DNA of 64,000 nt. It comes from the human T2T-CHM13v2.0 reference genome, Homo sapiens. Below, piece by piece: positions 49,901-62,500 of the stretch. The notes under the pieces were generated by a model that was not told where the DNA came from, did not search any database, and saw only the letters and a list, made by a program, of their open reading frames with translations. The DNA is taken from assembly GCF_009914755.1 (NCBI RefSeq), contig NC_060942.1; one strand, 5' to 3'. The position numbers and the translations under genes are program-made. The first letter of the stretch is position 1. Each line of letters starts with the position of its first letter.

Positions 49901-52900
49901 AGAGTAGAACATTCCCTTTGGTAGAGCAGGTTTGAAATCCTCTTTTTGTAGTATCTGGAAGTGGACATTTGGAGCGCTTTCAGGCCCATGTTGGAAAGGG
50001 AAATATCTTCCCGTAACAACTAGGCAGAAGCATTCTCAGAAACTTATTTGAGATGTGTGTACTCAACTAAGAGAATTGAACCACCGTTTTGAAGGAGCAG
50101 TTTTGAAACACTCTTTTTCTGGAATCTGCAAGAGTATATTTGCCTAGCCTTGAGGATTTCGTTGGAAACGGGATTGTCTTCAGATAAAATCTAGACAGAA
50201 GCATTCTCAGAAACTTCTTTGGGATGTTTGCATTCAAGTCACAGAGTAGAACATTCCCTTTGGTAGAGCAGTTTTGAAACACTCTTTTTTTAGTATATGG
50301 AAGTGGACATTTGGAGCGCTTTCAGGCCTACGTTGGAAAAGGAAATATCTTCCCATAACAACTAGACAGAAGCATTCTCAGAAACTAGTTTCTGATGTGT
50401 GTCTTCAACTAACACAGTTGAACTTTTCTTTAGACAGAACAGTTTTGAAACACTCTTTTTGTGGAATCTGCAAGTGGATATTTGGCTAGATTTGAGGATT
50501 TCGTTGGAAACGGGATTACATATAAAAAGCAGACAGCAGCATTCTCAGAAAGTTCTTTGTGATGATTGCATTCAAGTCACAGAATTGAACATTCCCTTTC
50601 ACAGAGCAGGTTTGAAACACTCTTTTTGTAGTGTGTGTAAGTGGACATTTGGAGCGCTTTCTGGCCTAAGGTGAACAAGGAAATATCTTCCCATAAAAAC
50701 TAGACAGAAGCATTCTCAGAAACTTACTCGTGATGTGTGTCCTCAACTAAAGGAGTAGAACCTTTCTATTCATAGAGAAGTTTTGAAAGGCTCTTTTTGT
50801 GGAATCTCCAAGTGGATATTTGGCTAGTTTTGAGGATTTCGTTGGAAGCGGGAATTCATACAAATTGCAGACTGCAGCGTTCTGAGAAACATCTTTGTGA
50901 TGTTTGTATTCAGGACACAGAGATGAACATTCCCTATCATAGAGCAGGTTGGAATCACTCCTTTTGTAGTATCTGGAAGTGGACATTTGGAGCGCTTTCA
51001 GGCCTATGTTGAAAAAGGAAATATCTTCCCATAACAACTAGACACAAGCATTCTCAGAAACTTGTTTGTGATGTGTGCCCTCTACTGACAGAGTTGAACC
51101 TTTCTTTTCATAGAGCAGTTTTGAAACACTCTTTTTGTAGAATCTGCAAGAGGATATTTGCATAGCTTTGAGGATTTCGTGGGAAACGTGATTGTGTTCA
51201 GGTAAAATCTAGACAGAAGCATTCTCAGAAACTTCTTTGGGATGTTTGCATTCAAGTCACAGAGTAGAACATTCCCTTTGGTAGAGCAGGTTTGAAACCC
51301 ACTTTTTGTAGTATCTGGAAGTGGACATTTTGAGCGCATTCAGGCCCATGTTGGAAAGGGAAATATCTTCCCGTAACAACTAGGCAGAAGCATTCTCAGA
51401 AACTTATTTGAGATGTGTGTACTCAACTAAGAGAATTGAACCACCGTTTTGAAGGAGCAGTTTTGAAACACTCTTTTTCTGGAATCTGCAAGAGGATATT
51501 TGCCTAGCCTTGAGGATTTCGTTGGAAACGGGATTGTCTTCAGATAAAATCTAGACAGAAGCATTCTCAGAAACTTCTTTGGGATGTTTGCATTCAAGTC
51601 ACAGAGTAGAATAATCCCTTTGGTAGAGCAGGTTTGAAACACACTTTTTTTAGTATATGGAAGTGGACATTTGGAGCGCTTTCAGGCCTACGTTGGAAAA
51701 GGAAATATCTTCCCATAACAACTAGACAGAAGCATTCTCAGAAACTAGTTTCTGATGTGTGTCCTCAACTAACACAGTTGAACTTTTCTTTAGACAGGAC
51801 AGTTTTGAAACACTCTTTTTGTGGAATCTGCAAGTGGATATTTAGCTAGATTTGAGGATTTCGTTGGAAACGGGATTACATATAAAAAGCAGACAGCAGC
51901 ATTCTCAGAAAGTTCTTTGTGATGATTGCATTCAAGTCACAGAATTGAACATTCCCTTTCAAAGAGCAGGTTTGAAACACTCTTTATGTAGTGTGTGTAA
52001 GTGGACATTTGGAGCGCTTTCCGGCCTAAGGTGAAAAAGGAAATATCTTCCCATAAAAACTAGACAGAAGCATTCTCAGAAACTTACTCGTGATGTGTGT
52101 CCTCAACTAAAGGAGTAGAACCTTTCTATTCATAGAGAAGTTTTGAAATGCTCTTTTTCTGGAATCTCCAAGTGGATATTTGGCTAGTTTTGAGGATTTC
52201 GTTGGAAGCGGGAATTCATACAAATTGCAGACTGCAGCGTTCTGAGAAACATCTTTGTGATGTTTGTATTCAGGACACAGAGATGAACATTCCCTATGAT
52301 AGAGCAGGTTGGAATCACTCCTTTTGTAGTATCTGGAAGTGGACATTTGGAGCGCTTTCAGGCCTATGTTGAAAAAGGAAATATCTTCCCATAACAACTA
52401 GACACAAGCATTCTCAGAAACTTGTTTGTGATATGTGCCCTCTACTGACAGAGCTGAACCTTTCTTTTCATAGAGCAGTTTTGAAACACTCTTTTTGTAG
52501 AATCTGCAAGAGGATATTTGCATAGATTTGAGGATTTCGTGGGAAACGGGATTGTCTTCAAGTAAAATCTAGACAGAAGCATTCTCAGAAACTTCTTTGG
52601 GATGTTTGCATTCAAGTCACAGAGTAGAACATTATCTTTGGTAGAGCAGGTTTGAAACCCTCTTTTTGTAGTATCTGGAAGTGGACATTTGGAGCGCTTT
52701 CAGGCCCATGTTGGAAAGGGAAATATCTTCCCGTAACAACTAGGCAGAAGCATTCTCAGAAACTTATTTGAGATGTGTGTACTCAACTAAGAGAATTGAA
52801 CCACCGTTTTGAAGGAGCAGTTTTGAAACACTCTTTTTCTGGAATCTGCAAGAGTATATTTGCCTAGCCTTGAGGATTTCGTTGGAAACGGGATTGTCTT

Positions 52901-55900
52901 CAGATAAAATCTAGACAGAAGCATTCTCAGAAACTTCTTTGGGATGTTTGCATTCAAGTCACAGAGTAGAACATTCCCTTTGGTAGAGCAGGTTTGAAAC
53001 ACACTTTTTTTAGTATATGGAAGTGGACATTTGGAGCGCTTTCAGGCCTACGTTGGAAAAGGAAATATCTTCCCATAACAACTAGACAGAAGCATTCTCA
53101 GAAACTAGTTTCTGATGTGTGTCCTCAACTAACACAGTTGAACTTTTCTTTAGACAGAACAGTTTTGAAACACTCTTTTTGTGGAATCTGCAAGTGGATA
53201 TTTGGCTAGATTTGAGGATTTCGTTGGAAACGGGATTACATATAAAGAGCAGACAGCAGCATTCTCAGAAAGTTCTTTGTGATGATTGCATTCAAGTCAC
53301 AGAATTGAACATTCCCTTTCACAGAGCAGGTTTGAAACACTCTTTTTGTAGTGTGTGTAAGTGGACATTTGGAGCGCTTTCCGGCCTAAGGTGAACAAGG
53401 AAATATCTTCCCATAAAAACTAGACAGAAGCATTCTCAGAAACTTACTCGTGATGTGTGTCCTCAACTAAAGGAGTAGAACCTTTCTATTCATAGAGAAG
53501 TTTTGAAAGGCTCTTTTTGTGGAATCTCCAAGTGGATATTTGGCTAGTTTTGAGGATTTCGTTGGAAGCGGGAATTCATACAAATTGCAGACTGCAGCGT
53601 TCTGAGAAACATCTTTGTGATGTTTGTATTCAGGACACAGAGATGAACATTCCCTATCATAGAGCAGGTTGGAATCACTCCTTTTGTAGTATCTGGAAGT
53701 GGACATTTGGAGCGCTTTCAGGCCTATGTTGAAAAAGGAAATATCTTCCCATAACAACTAGACACAAGCATTCTCAGAAACTTGTTTGTGATGTGTGCCC
53801 TCTACTGACAGAGTTGAACCTTTCTTTTCATAGAGCAGTTTTGAAACACTCTTTTTGTAGAATCTGCAAGAGGATATTTGCATAGCTTTGAGGATTTCGT
53901 GGGAAACGTGATTGTGTTCAGGTAAAATCTAGACAGAAGCATTCTCAGAAACTTCTTTGGGATGTTTGCATTCAAGTCACAGAGTAGAACATTCCCTTTG
54001 GTAGAGCAGGTTTGAAACCCACTTTTTGTAGTATCTGGAAGTGGACATTTTGAGCGCATTCAGGCCCATGTTGGAAAGGGAAATATCTTCCCGTAACAAC
54101 TAGGCAGAAGCATTCTCAGAAACTTATTTGAGATGTGTGTACTCAACTAAGAGAATTGAACCACCGTTTTGAAGGAGCAGTTTTGAAACACTCTTTTTCT
54201 GGAATCTGCAAGAGGATATTTGCCTAGCCTTGAGGATTTCGTTGGAAACGGGATTGTCTTCAGATAAAATCTAGACAGAAGCATTCTCAGAAACTTCTTT
54301 GGGATGTTTGCATTCAAGTCACAGAGTAGAATATTCCCTTTGGTAGAGCAGGTTTGAAACACTCTTTTTTTAGTATATGGAAGTGGACATTTGGAGCGCT
54401 TTCAGGCCTACGTTGGAAAAGGAAATATCTTCCCATAACAACTAGACAGAAGCATTCTCAGAAACTAGTTTCTGATGTGTGTCCTCAACTAACACAGTTG
54501 AACTTTTCTTTAGACAGGACAGTTTTGAAACACTCTTTTTGTGGAATCTGCAAGTGGATATTTAGCTAGATTTGAGGATTTCGTTGGAAACGGGATTACA
54601 TATAAAAAGCAGACAGCAGCATTCTCAGAAAGTTCTTTGTGATGATTGCATTCAAGTCACAGAATTGAACATTCCCTTTCAAAGAGCAGGTTTGAAACAC
54701 TCTTTATGTAGTGTGTGTAAGTGGACATTTGGAGCGCTTTCCGGCCTAAGGTGAAAAAGGAAATATCTTCCCATAAAAACTAGACAGAAGCATTCTCAGA
54801 AACTTACTCGTGATGTGTGTCCTCAACTAAAGGAGTAGAACCTTTCTATTCATAGAGAAGTTTTGAAATGCTCTTTTTGTGGAATCTCCAAGTGGATATT
54901 TGGCTAGTTTTGAGGATTTCGTTGGAAGCGGGAATTCATACAAATTGCAGACTGCAGCGTTCTGAGAAACATCTTTGTGATGTTTGTATTCAGGACACAG
55001 AGATGAACATTCCCTATGATAGAGCAGGTTGGAATCACTCCTTTTGTAGTATCTGGAAGTGGACATTTGGAGCGCTTTCAGGCCTATGTTGAAAAAGGAA
55101 ATATCTTCCCATAACAACTAGACACAAGCATTCTCAGAAACTTGTTTGTGATATGTGCCCTCTACTGACAGAGCTGAACCTTTCTTTTCATAGAGCAGTT
55201 TTGAAACACTCTTTTTGTAGAATCTGCAAGAGGATATTTGCATAGATTTGAGGATTTCGTGGGAAACGGGATTGTCTTCAGGTAAAATCTAGACAGAAGC
55301 ATTCTCAGAAACTTCTTTGGGATGTTTGCATTCAAGTCACAGAGTAGAACATTATCTTTGGTAGAGCAGGTTTGAAACCCTCTTTTTGTAGTATCTGGAA
55401 GTGGACATTTGGAGCGCTTTCAGGCCCATGTTGGAAAGGGAAATATCTTCTCGTAACAACTAGGCAGAAGCATTCTCAGAAACTTATTTGAGATGTGTGT
55501 ACTCAACTAAGAGAATTGAACCACCGTTTTCAAGGAGCAGTTTTGAAACACTCTTTTTCTGGAATCTGCAAGAGTATATTTGCCTAGCCTTGAGGATTTC
55601 GTTGGAAACGGGATTGTCTTCAGATAAAATCTAGACAGAAGCATTCTCAGAAACTTCTTTGGGATGTTTGCATTCAAGTCACAGAGTAGAACATTCCCTT
55701 TGGTAGAGCAGGTTTGAAACACACTTTTTTTAGTATATGGAAGTGGACATTTGGAGCGCTTTCAGGCCTACGTTGGAAAAGGAAATATCTTCCCATAACA
55801 ACTAGACAGAAGCATTCTCAGAAACTAGTTTCTGATGTGTGTCCTCAACTAACACAGTTGAACATTTCTTTAGACAGAACAGTTTTGAAACACTCTTTTT

Positions 55901-58870
55901 GTGGAATCTGCAAGTGGATATTTGGCTAGATTTGAGGATTTCGTTGGAAACGGGATTACATATAAAGAGCAGACAGCAGCATTCTCAGAAAGTTCTTTGT
56001 GATGATTGCATTCAAGTCACAGAATTGAACATTCCCTTTCACAGAGCAAGTTTGAAACTCTCTTTTTGTAGTGTGTGTAAGTGGACATTTGGAGCGCTTT
56101 CCGGCCTAAGGTGAAAAAGGAAATATCTTCCCATAAAAACTAGACAGAAGCATTCTCAGAAACTTACTCGTGATGTGTGTCCTCAACTAAAGGAGTAGAA
56201 CCTTTCTATTCATAGAGAAGTTTTGAAACGCTCTTTTTGTGGAATCTCCAAGTGGATATTTGGCTAGTTTTGAGGATTTCGTTGGAAGCGGGAATTCATA
56301 CAAATTGCAGACTGCAGCGTTCTGAGAAACATCTTTGTGATGTTTGTATTCAGGACACAGAGATGAACATTCCCTATCATAGAGCAGGTTTGAATCACTC
56401 CTTTTGTAGTATCTGGAAGTGGACATTTGGAGCGCTTTCAGGCCTATGTTGAAAAAGGAAATATCTTCCCATAACAACTAGACACAAGCATTCTCAGAAA
56501 CTTGTTTGTGATGTGTGCCCTCTACTGACAGAGTTGAACCTTTCTTTTCATAGAGCAGTTTTGAAACACTCTTTTTGTAGAATCTGCAAGAGGATATTTG
56601 CATAGCTTTGAGGATTTCGTGGGAAACGGGATTGTCTTCAGGTAAAATCTAGACAGAAGCATTCTCAGAAACTTCTTTGGGATGTTTGCATTCAAGTCAC
56701 AGAGTAGAACATTCCCTTTGGTAGAGCAGGTTTGAAACCCTCCTTTTGTAGTATCTGGAAGTGGACATTTGGAGCGCTTTCAGGCCCATGTTGGAAAGGG
56801 AAATATCTTCCCGTAACAACTAGGCAGAAGCATTCTCAGAAACTTATTTGAGATGTGTGTACTCAACTAAGAGAATTGAACCACCGTTTTGAAGGAGCAG
56901 TTTTGAAACACTCTTTTTCTGGAATCTGCAAGAGTATATTTGCCTAGCCTTGAGGATTTCGTTGGAAACGGGATTGTCTTCAGATAAAATCTAGACAGAA
57001 GCATTCTCAGAAACTTCTTTGGGATGTTTGCATTCAAGTCACAGAGTAGAACATTCCCTTTGGTAGAGGAGTTTTGAAACACTCTTTTTTTAGTATATGG
57101 AAGTGGACATTTGGAGCGCTTTCAGGCCTACGTTGGAAAAGGAAATATCTTCCCATAACAACTAGACAGAAGCATTCTCAGAAACTAGTTTCTGATGTGT
57201 GTCCTCAACTAACACAGTTGAACTTTTCTTTAGACAGAACAGTTTTGAAACACTCTTTTTGTGGAATCTGCAAGTGGATATTTGGCTAGATTTGAGGATT
57301 TCGTTGGAAACGGGATTACATATAAAAAGCAGACAGCAGCATTCTCAGAAAGTTCTTTGTGATGATTGCATTCAAGTCACAGAATTGAACATTGCCTTTC
57401 ACAGAGCAGGTTTGAAACACTCTTTTTGTAGTGTGTGTAAGTGGACATTTGGAGCGCTTTCCGGCCTAAGGTGAAAAAGGAAATATCTTCCCATAAAAAC
57501 TAGACAGAAGCATTCTCAGAAACTTACTCGTGATGTGTGCCCTCAACTAAAGGAGTAGAACCTTTCTATTCATAGAGAAGTTTTGAAACGCTCTTTTTGT
57601 GGAATCTCCAAGTGGATATTTGGGTAGTTTTGAGGATTCCGTTGGAAGCGGGAATTCATACAAATTGCAGACTGCAGCGTTATGAGAAACATCTTTGTGA
57701 TGTTTGTATTCAGGACACAGAGATGAACATTCCCTATCATAGAGCAGGTTGGAATCACTCCTTTTGTAGTATCTGGAAGTGGACATTTGGAGCGCTTTCA
57801 GGCCTATGTTGAAAAAGGAAATATCTTCCCATAACAACTAGACACAAGCATTCTCAGAAACTTGTTTGTGATGTGTGACCTCTACTGACAGAGTTGAACC
57901 TTTCTTTTCATAGAGCAGTTTTGAAACACTCTTTTTGTAGAATCTGCAAGAGGATATTTGCATAGCTTTGAGGATTTCGTGGGAAACGGGATTGTCTTCA
58001 GGTAAAATCTAGACAGAAGCATTCTCAGAAACTTCTTTGGGATGTTTGCATTCAAGTCACAGAGTAGAACATTCCCTTTGGTAGAGCAGGTTTGAAACCC
58101 TCTTTTTGTAGTATCTGGAAGTGGACATTTGGAGCGCTTTCAGGCCCATGTTGGAAAGGGAAATATCTTCCCGTAACAACTAGGCAGAAGCATTCTCAGA
58201 AACTTATTTGAGATGTGTGTACTCAACTAAGAGAATTGAACCACCGTTTTCAAGGAGCAGTTTTGAAACACTCTTTTTCTGGAATCTGCAAGAGTATATT
58301 TGCCTAGCCTTGAGGATTTCGTTGGAAACGGGATTGTCTTCAGATAAAATCTAGACAGAAGCATTCTCAGAAACTTCTTTGGGATGTTTGCATTCAAGTC
58401 ACAGAGTAGAACATTCCCTTTGGTAGAGCAGGTTTGAAACACTCTTTTTTTAGTATATGGAAATGGACATTTGGAGCGCTTTCAGGCCTACGTTGGAAAA
58501 GGAAATATCTTCCCATAACAACTAGACAGAAGCATTCTCAGAAACTAGTTTCTGATGTGTGTCCTCAACTAACACAGTTGAACTTTTCTTTAGACAGAAC
58601 AGTTTTGAAACACTCTTTTTGTGGAATCTGCAAGTGGATATTTGGCTAGATTTGAGGATTTCGTTGGAAACGGGATTACATATAAAAAGCAGACAGCAGC
58701 ATTCTCAGAAAGTTCTTTGTGATGATTGCATTCAAGTCACAGAATTGAACATTCCCTTTCACAGAGCAGGTTTGAAACACTCTTTTTGTAGTGTGTGTAA
58801 GTGGACATTTGGAGCGCTTTCCGGCCTAAGGTGAAAAAGGAAATATCTTCCCATAAAAACTAGACAGAAG
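43911..58870 (+). repeat. Uninterrupted run of eleven canonical 8-mers
   Basis: Exact 1360-bp spacing of A-dimer ORFs from 43947 to 58907. Confidence 0.92.
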
Positions 58871-59546
58871 CATTCTCAGAAACTTACTCGTGATGTGTGT
58901 CCTCAACTAAAGGAGTAGAACCTTTCTATTCATAGAGAAGGTTTGAAACGCTCTTTTTGTGGAATCTCCAAGTGGATATTTGGCTAGTTTTGAGGATTTC
59001 GTTGGAAGCGGGAATTCATACAAATTGCAGACTGCAGCGTTCTGAGAAACATCTTTGTGATGTTTGTATTCAGGACACAGAGATGAACATTCCCTATCAT
59101 AGAGCAGGTTGGAATCACTCCTTTTGTAGTATCTGGAAGTGGACATTTGGAGCGCTTTCAGGCCTATGTTGAAAAAGGAAATATCTTCCCATAACAACTA
59201 GACACAAGCATTCTCAGAAACTTGTTTGTGATGTGTGTACTCAACTAAGAGAATTGAACCACCGTTTTGAAGGAGCAGTTTTGAAACACTCTTTTTCTGG
59301 AATCTGCAAGTGGATATTTGGTTAGATTTGAGGATTTCGTTGGAAACGGGATTACATATAAAAAGCAGACAGCAGCAGTCTCAGAAAGTTCTTTGTGATG
59401 ATTGCATTCAAGTCACAGAATTGAACATTCCCTTTCACAGAGCAGGTTTGAAACACTCTTTTTGTAGTGTGTGTAAGTGGACATTTGGAGCGCTTTCCGG
59501 CCTAAGGTGAAAAAGGAAATATCTTCCCATAAAAACTTGACAGAAC
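58871..59546 (+). repeat. Isolated 4-mer variant (A+E, 676 bp) with a B/C/D hybrid first monomer
   Basis: EcoRI 59012 to 59688. The monomer at ~59209 starts B-like (AAACTTGTTTGTGATG), continues C-like (TACTCAACTAAGAGAATTGAACCACCG) and ends D-like (GGGATTACATAT). Confidence 0.88.
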
Positions 59547-62500
59547 CATTCTCAGAAACTTACTCGTGATGTGTGTCCTCAACTAAAGGAGTAGAACCTT
59601 TCTATTCATAGAGAAGTTTTGAAACGCTCTTTTTGTGGAATCTCCAAGTGGATATTTGGCTAGTTTTGAGGATTTCGTTGGAAGCGGGAATTCATACAAA
59701 TTGCAGACTGCAGCGTTCTGAGAAACATCTTTGTGATGTTTGTATTCAGGACACAGAGAGGAACATTTCCTATCATAGAGCAGGTTCGAATCACTCCTTT
59801 TGTAGTATCTGGAAGTGGACATTTGGAGCGCTTTCAGGCCTATGTTGAAAAAGGAAATATCTTCCCATAACAACTAGACACAAGCATTCTCAGAAACTTG
59901 TTTGTGATGTGTGCCCTGTACTGACAGAGTTGAACCTTTCTTTTCATAGAGCAGTTTTGAAACACTCTTTTTGTAGAATCTGCAAGAGGATATTTGCATA
60001 GCTTTGAGGATTTCGTGGGAAACGGGATTGTCTTCAGGTAAAATCTAGACAGAAGCATTCTCAGAAACTTCTTTGGGATGTTTGCATTCAAGTCACAGAG
60101 TAGAACATTCCCTTTGGTAGAGCAGGTTTGAAACGCTCTTTTTGTAGTATCTGGAAGTGGACATTTGGAGCGCTTTCAGGCCCATGTTGGAAAGGGAAAT
60201 ATCTTCCCGTAACAACTAGGCAGAAGCATTCTCAGAAACTTATTTGAGATGTGTGTACTCAACTAAGAGAATTGAACCACCGTTTTGAAGGAGCAGTTTT
60301 GAAACACTCTTTTTCTGGAATCTGCAAGAGTATATTTGCCTTGCCTTGAGAATTTCGTTGGAAACGGGATTGTCTTCAGATCAAATCTAGACAGAAGCAT
60401 TCTCAGAAACTTCTTTGGGATGTTTGCATTCAAGTCACAGAGTAGAACATTCCCTTTGGTAGAGCAGGTTTGAAACACTCTTTTTTTAGTATATGGAAGT
60501 GGACATTTGGAGCGCTTTCAGGCCTACGTTGGAAAAGGAAATATCTTCCCATAACAACTAGACAGAAGCATTCTCAGAAACTAGTTTCTGATGTGTGTCC
60601 TCAACTAACACAGTTGAACTTTTCTTTAGACAGAACAGTTTTGAAACACTCTTTTTGTGGAATCTGCAAGTGGATATTTGGCTAGATTTGAGGATTTCGT
60701 TGGAAACGGGATTACATATAAAAAGCAGACAGCAGCATTCTCAGAAAGTTCTTTGTGATGATTGCATTCAAGTCACAGAATTGAACATTCCCTTTCACAG
60801 AGCAGGTTTGAAACACTCTTTTTGTAGTGTGTGTAAGTGGACATTTGGAGCGCTTTCCGGCCTAAGGTGAAAAAGGAAATATCTTCCCATAAAAACTAGA
60901 CAGAAGCATTCTCAGAAACTTACTCGTGATGTGTGTCCTCAACTAAAGGAGTAGAACCTTTCTATTCGTAGAGAAGTTTTGAAATGCTCTTTTTGTGGAA
61001 TCTCCAAGTGGATATTTGGCTAGTTTTGAGGATTTCGTTGGAAGCGGGAATTCATACAAATTGCAGACTGCAGCGTTATGAGAAACATCTTTGTGATGTT
61101 TGTATTCAGGACACAGAGATGAACATTCCCTATCATAGAGCAGGTTGGAATCACTCCTTTTGTAGTATCTGGAAGTGGACATTTGGAGCGCTTTCAGGCC
61201 TATGTTGAAAAAGGAAATATCTTCCCATAACAACTAGACACAAGCATTCTCAGAAACTTGTTTGTGATGTGTACCCTGTACTGACAGAGTTGAACCTTTC
61301 TTTTCATAGAGCAGTTTTGAAACACTCTTTTTGTAGAATCTGCAAGAGGATATTTGCATAGCTTTGAGGATTTCGTGGGAAACGGGATTGTCTTCAGGTA
61401 AAATCTAGACAGAAGCATTCTCAGAAACTTCTTTGGGATGTTTGCATTCAAGTCACAGAGTAGAACATTCCCTTTGGTAGAGCAGGTTTGAAACAATCTT
61501 TTTGTAGTATCTGGAAGTGGACATTTGGAGCGCTTTCAGTCCCATGTTGGAAAGGGAAATATCTTCCCGTAACAACTAGGCAGAAGCATTCTCTGAAACT
61601 TTTTTGAGATGTGTGTACTCAACTAAGAGAATTGAACCACCGTTTTGAAGGAGCAGTTTTGAAACACTCTTTTTCTGGAATCTGCTAGAGGATATTTGCC
61701 TAGCTTTGAGGATTTCGTTGGAAACCGGATTGTCTTCAGATAAAATCTAGACAGAAGCATTCTCAGAAACTTCTTTGGGATGTTTGTATTCAAGTCACAG
61801 AGTAGAACATTCCCTTTTGTAGAGCAGGTTTGAAACACTCTTTTTTTAGTATATGGAAATGGACATTTGGAGCGCTTTCAGGCCTACGTTGGAAAAGGAA
61901 ATATCTTCCCATAACAACTAGACAGAAGCATTCTCAGAAACTAGTTTCTGATGTGTGTCCTCAACTAACACAGTTGAACTTTTCTTTAGACAGAACAGTT
62001 TTGAAACACTCTTTTTGTGGAATCTGCAAGTGGATATTTGGCTAGATTTGAGGATTTCGTTGGAAACGGGATTACATATAAAAAGCAGACAGCAGCATTC
62101 TCAGAAAGTTCTCTGTGATGATTGCATTCAAGTCACAGAATTGAACATTCCCTTTCACAGAGCAGGTTTGAAACACTCTTTTTGTAGTGTGTGTAAGTGG
62201 ACATTTGGAGCACTTTCCGGCCTAAGGTGAAAAAGGAAATATCTTCCCACAAAAACTAGACAGAAGCATTCTCAGAAACTTACTCGTGATGTGTGTCCTC
62301 AACTAAAGGAGTAGAACCTTTCTATTCGTAGAGAAGTTTTGAAATGCTCTTTTTGTGGAATCTCCAAGTGGATATTTGGCTAGCTTTGAGGATTTCGTTG
62401 GAAGCGGGAATTCATACAAATTGCAGACTGCAGCGTTCTGAGAAACATCTTTGTGATGTTTGTATTCAGGACACAGAGAGGAACATTCCCTATCATAGAG

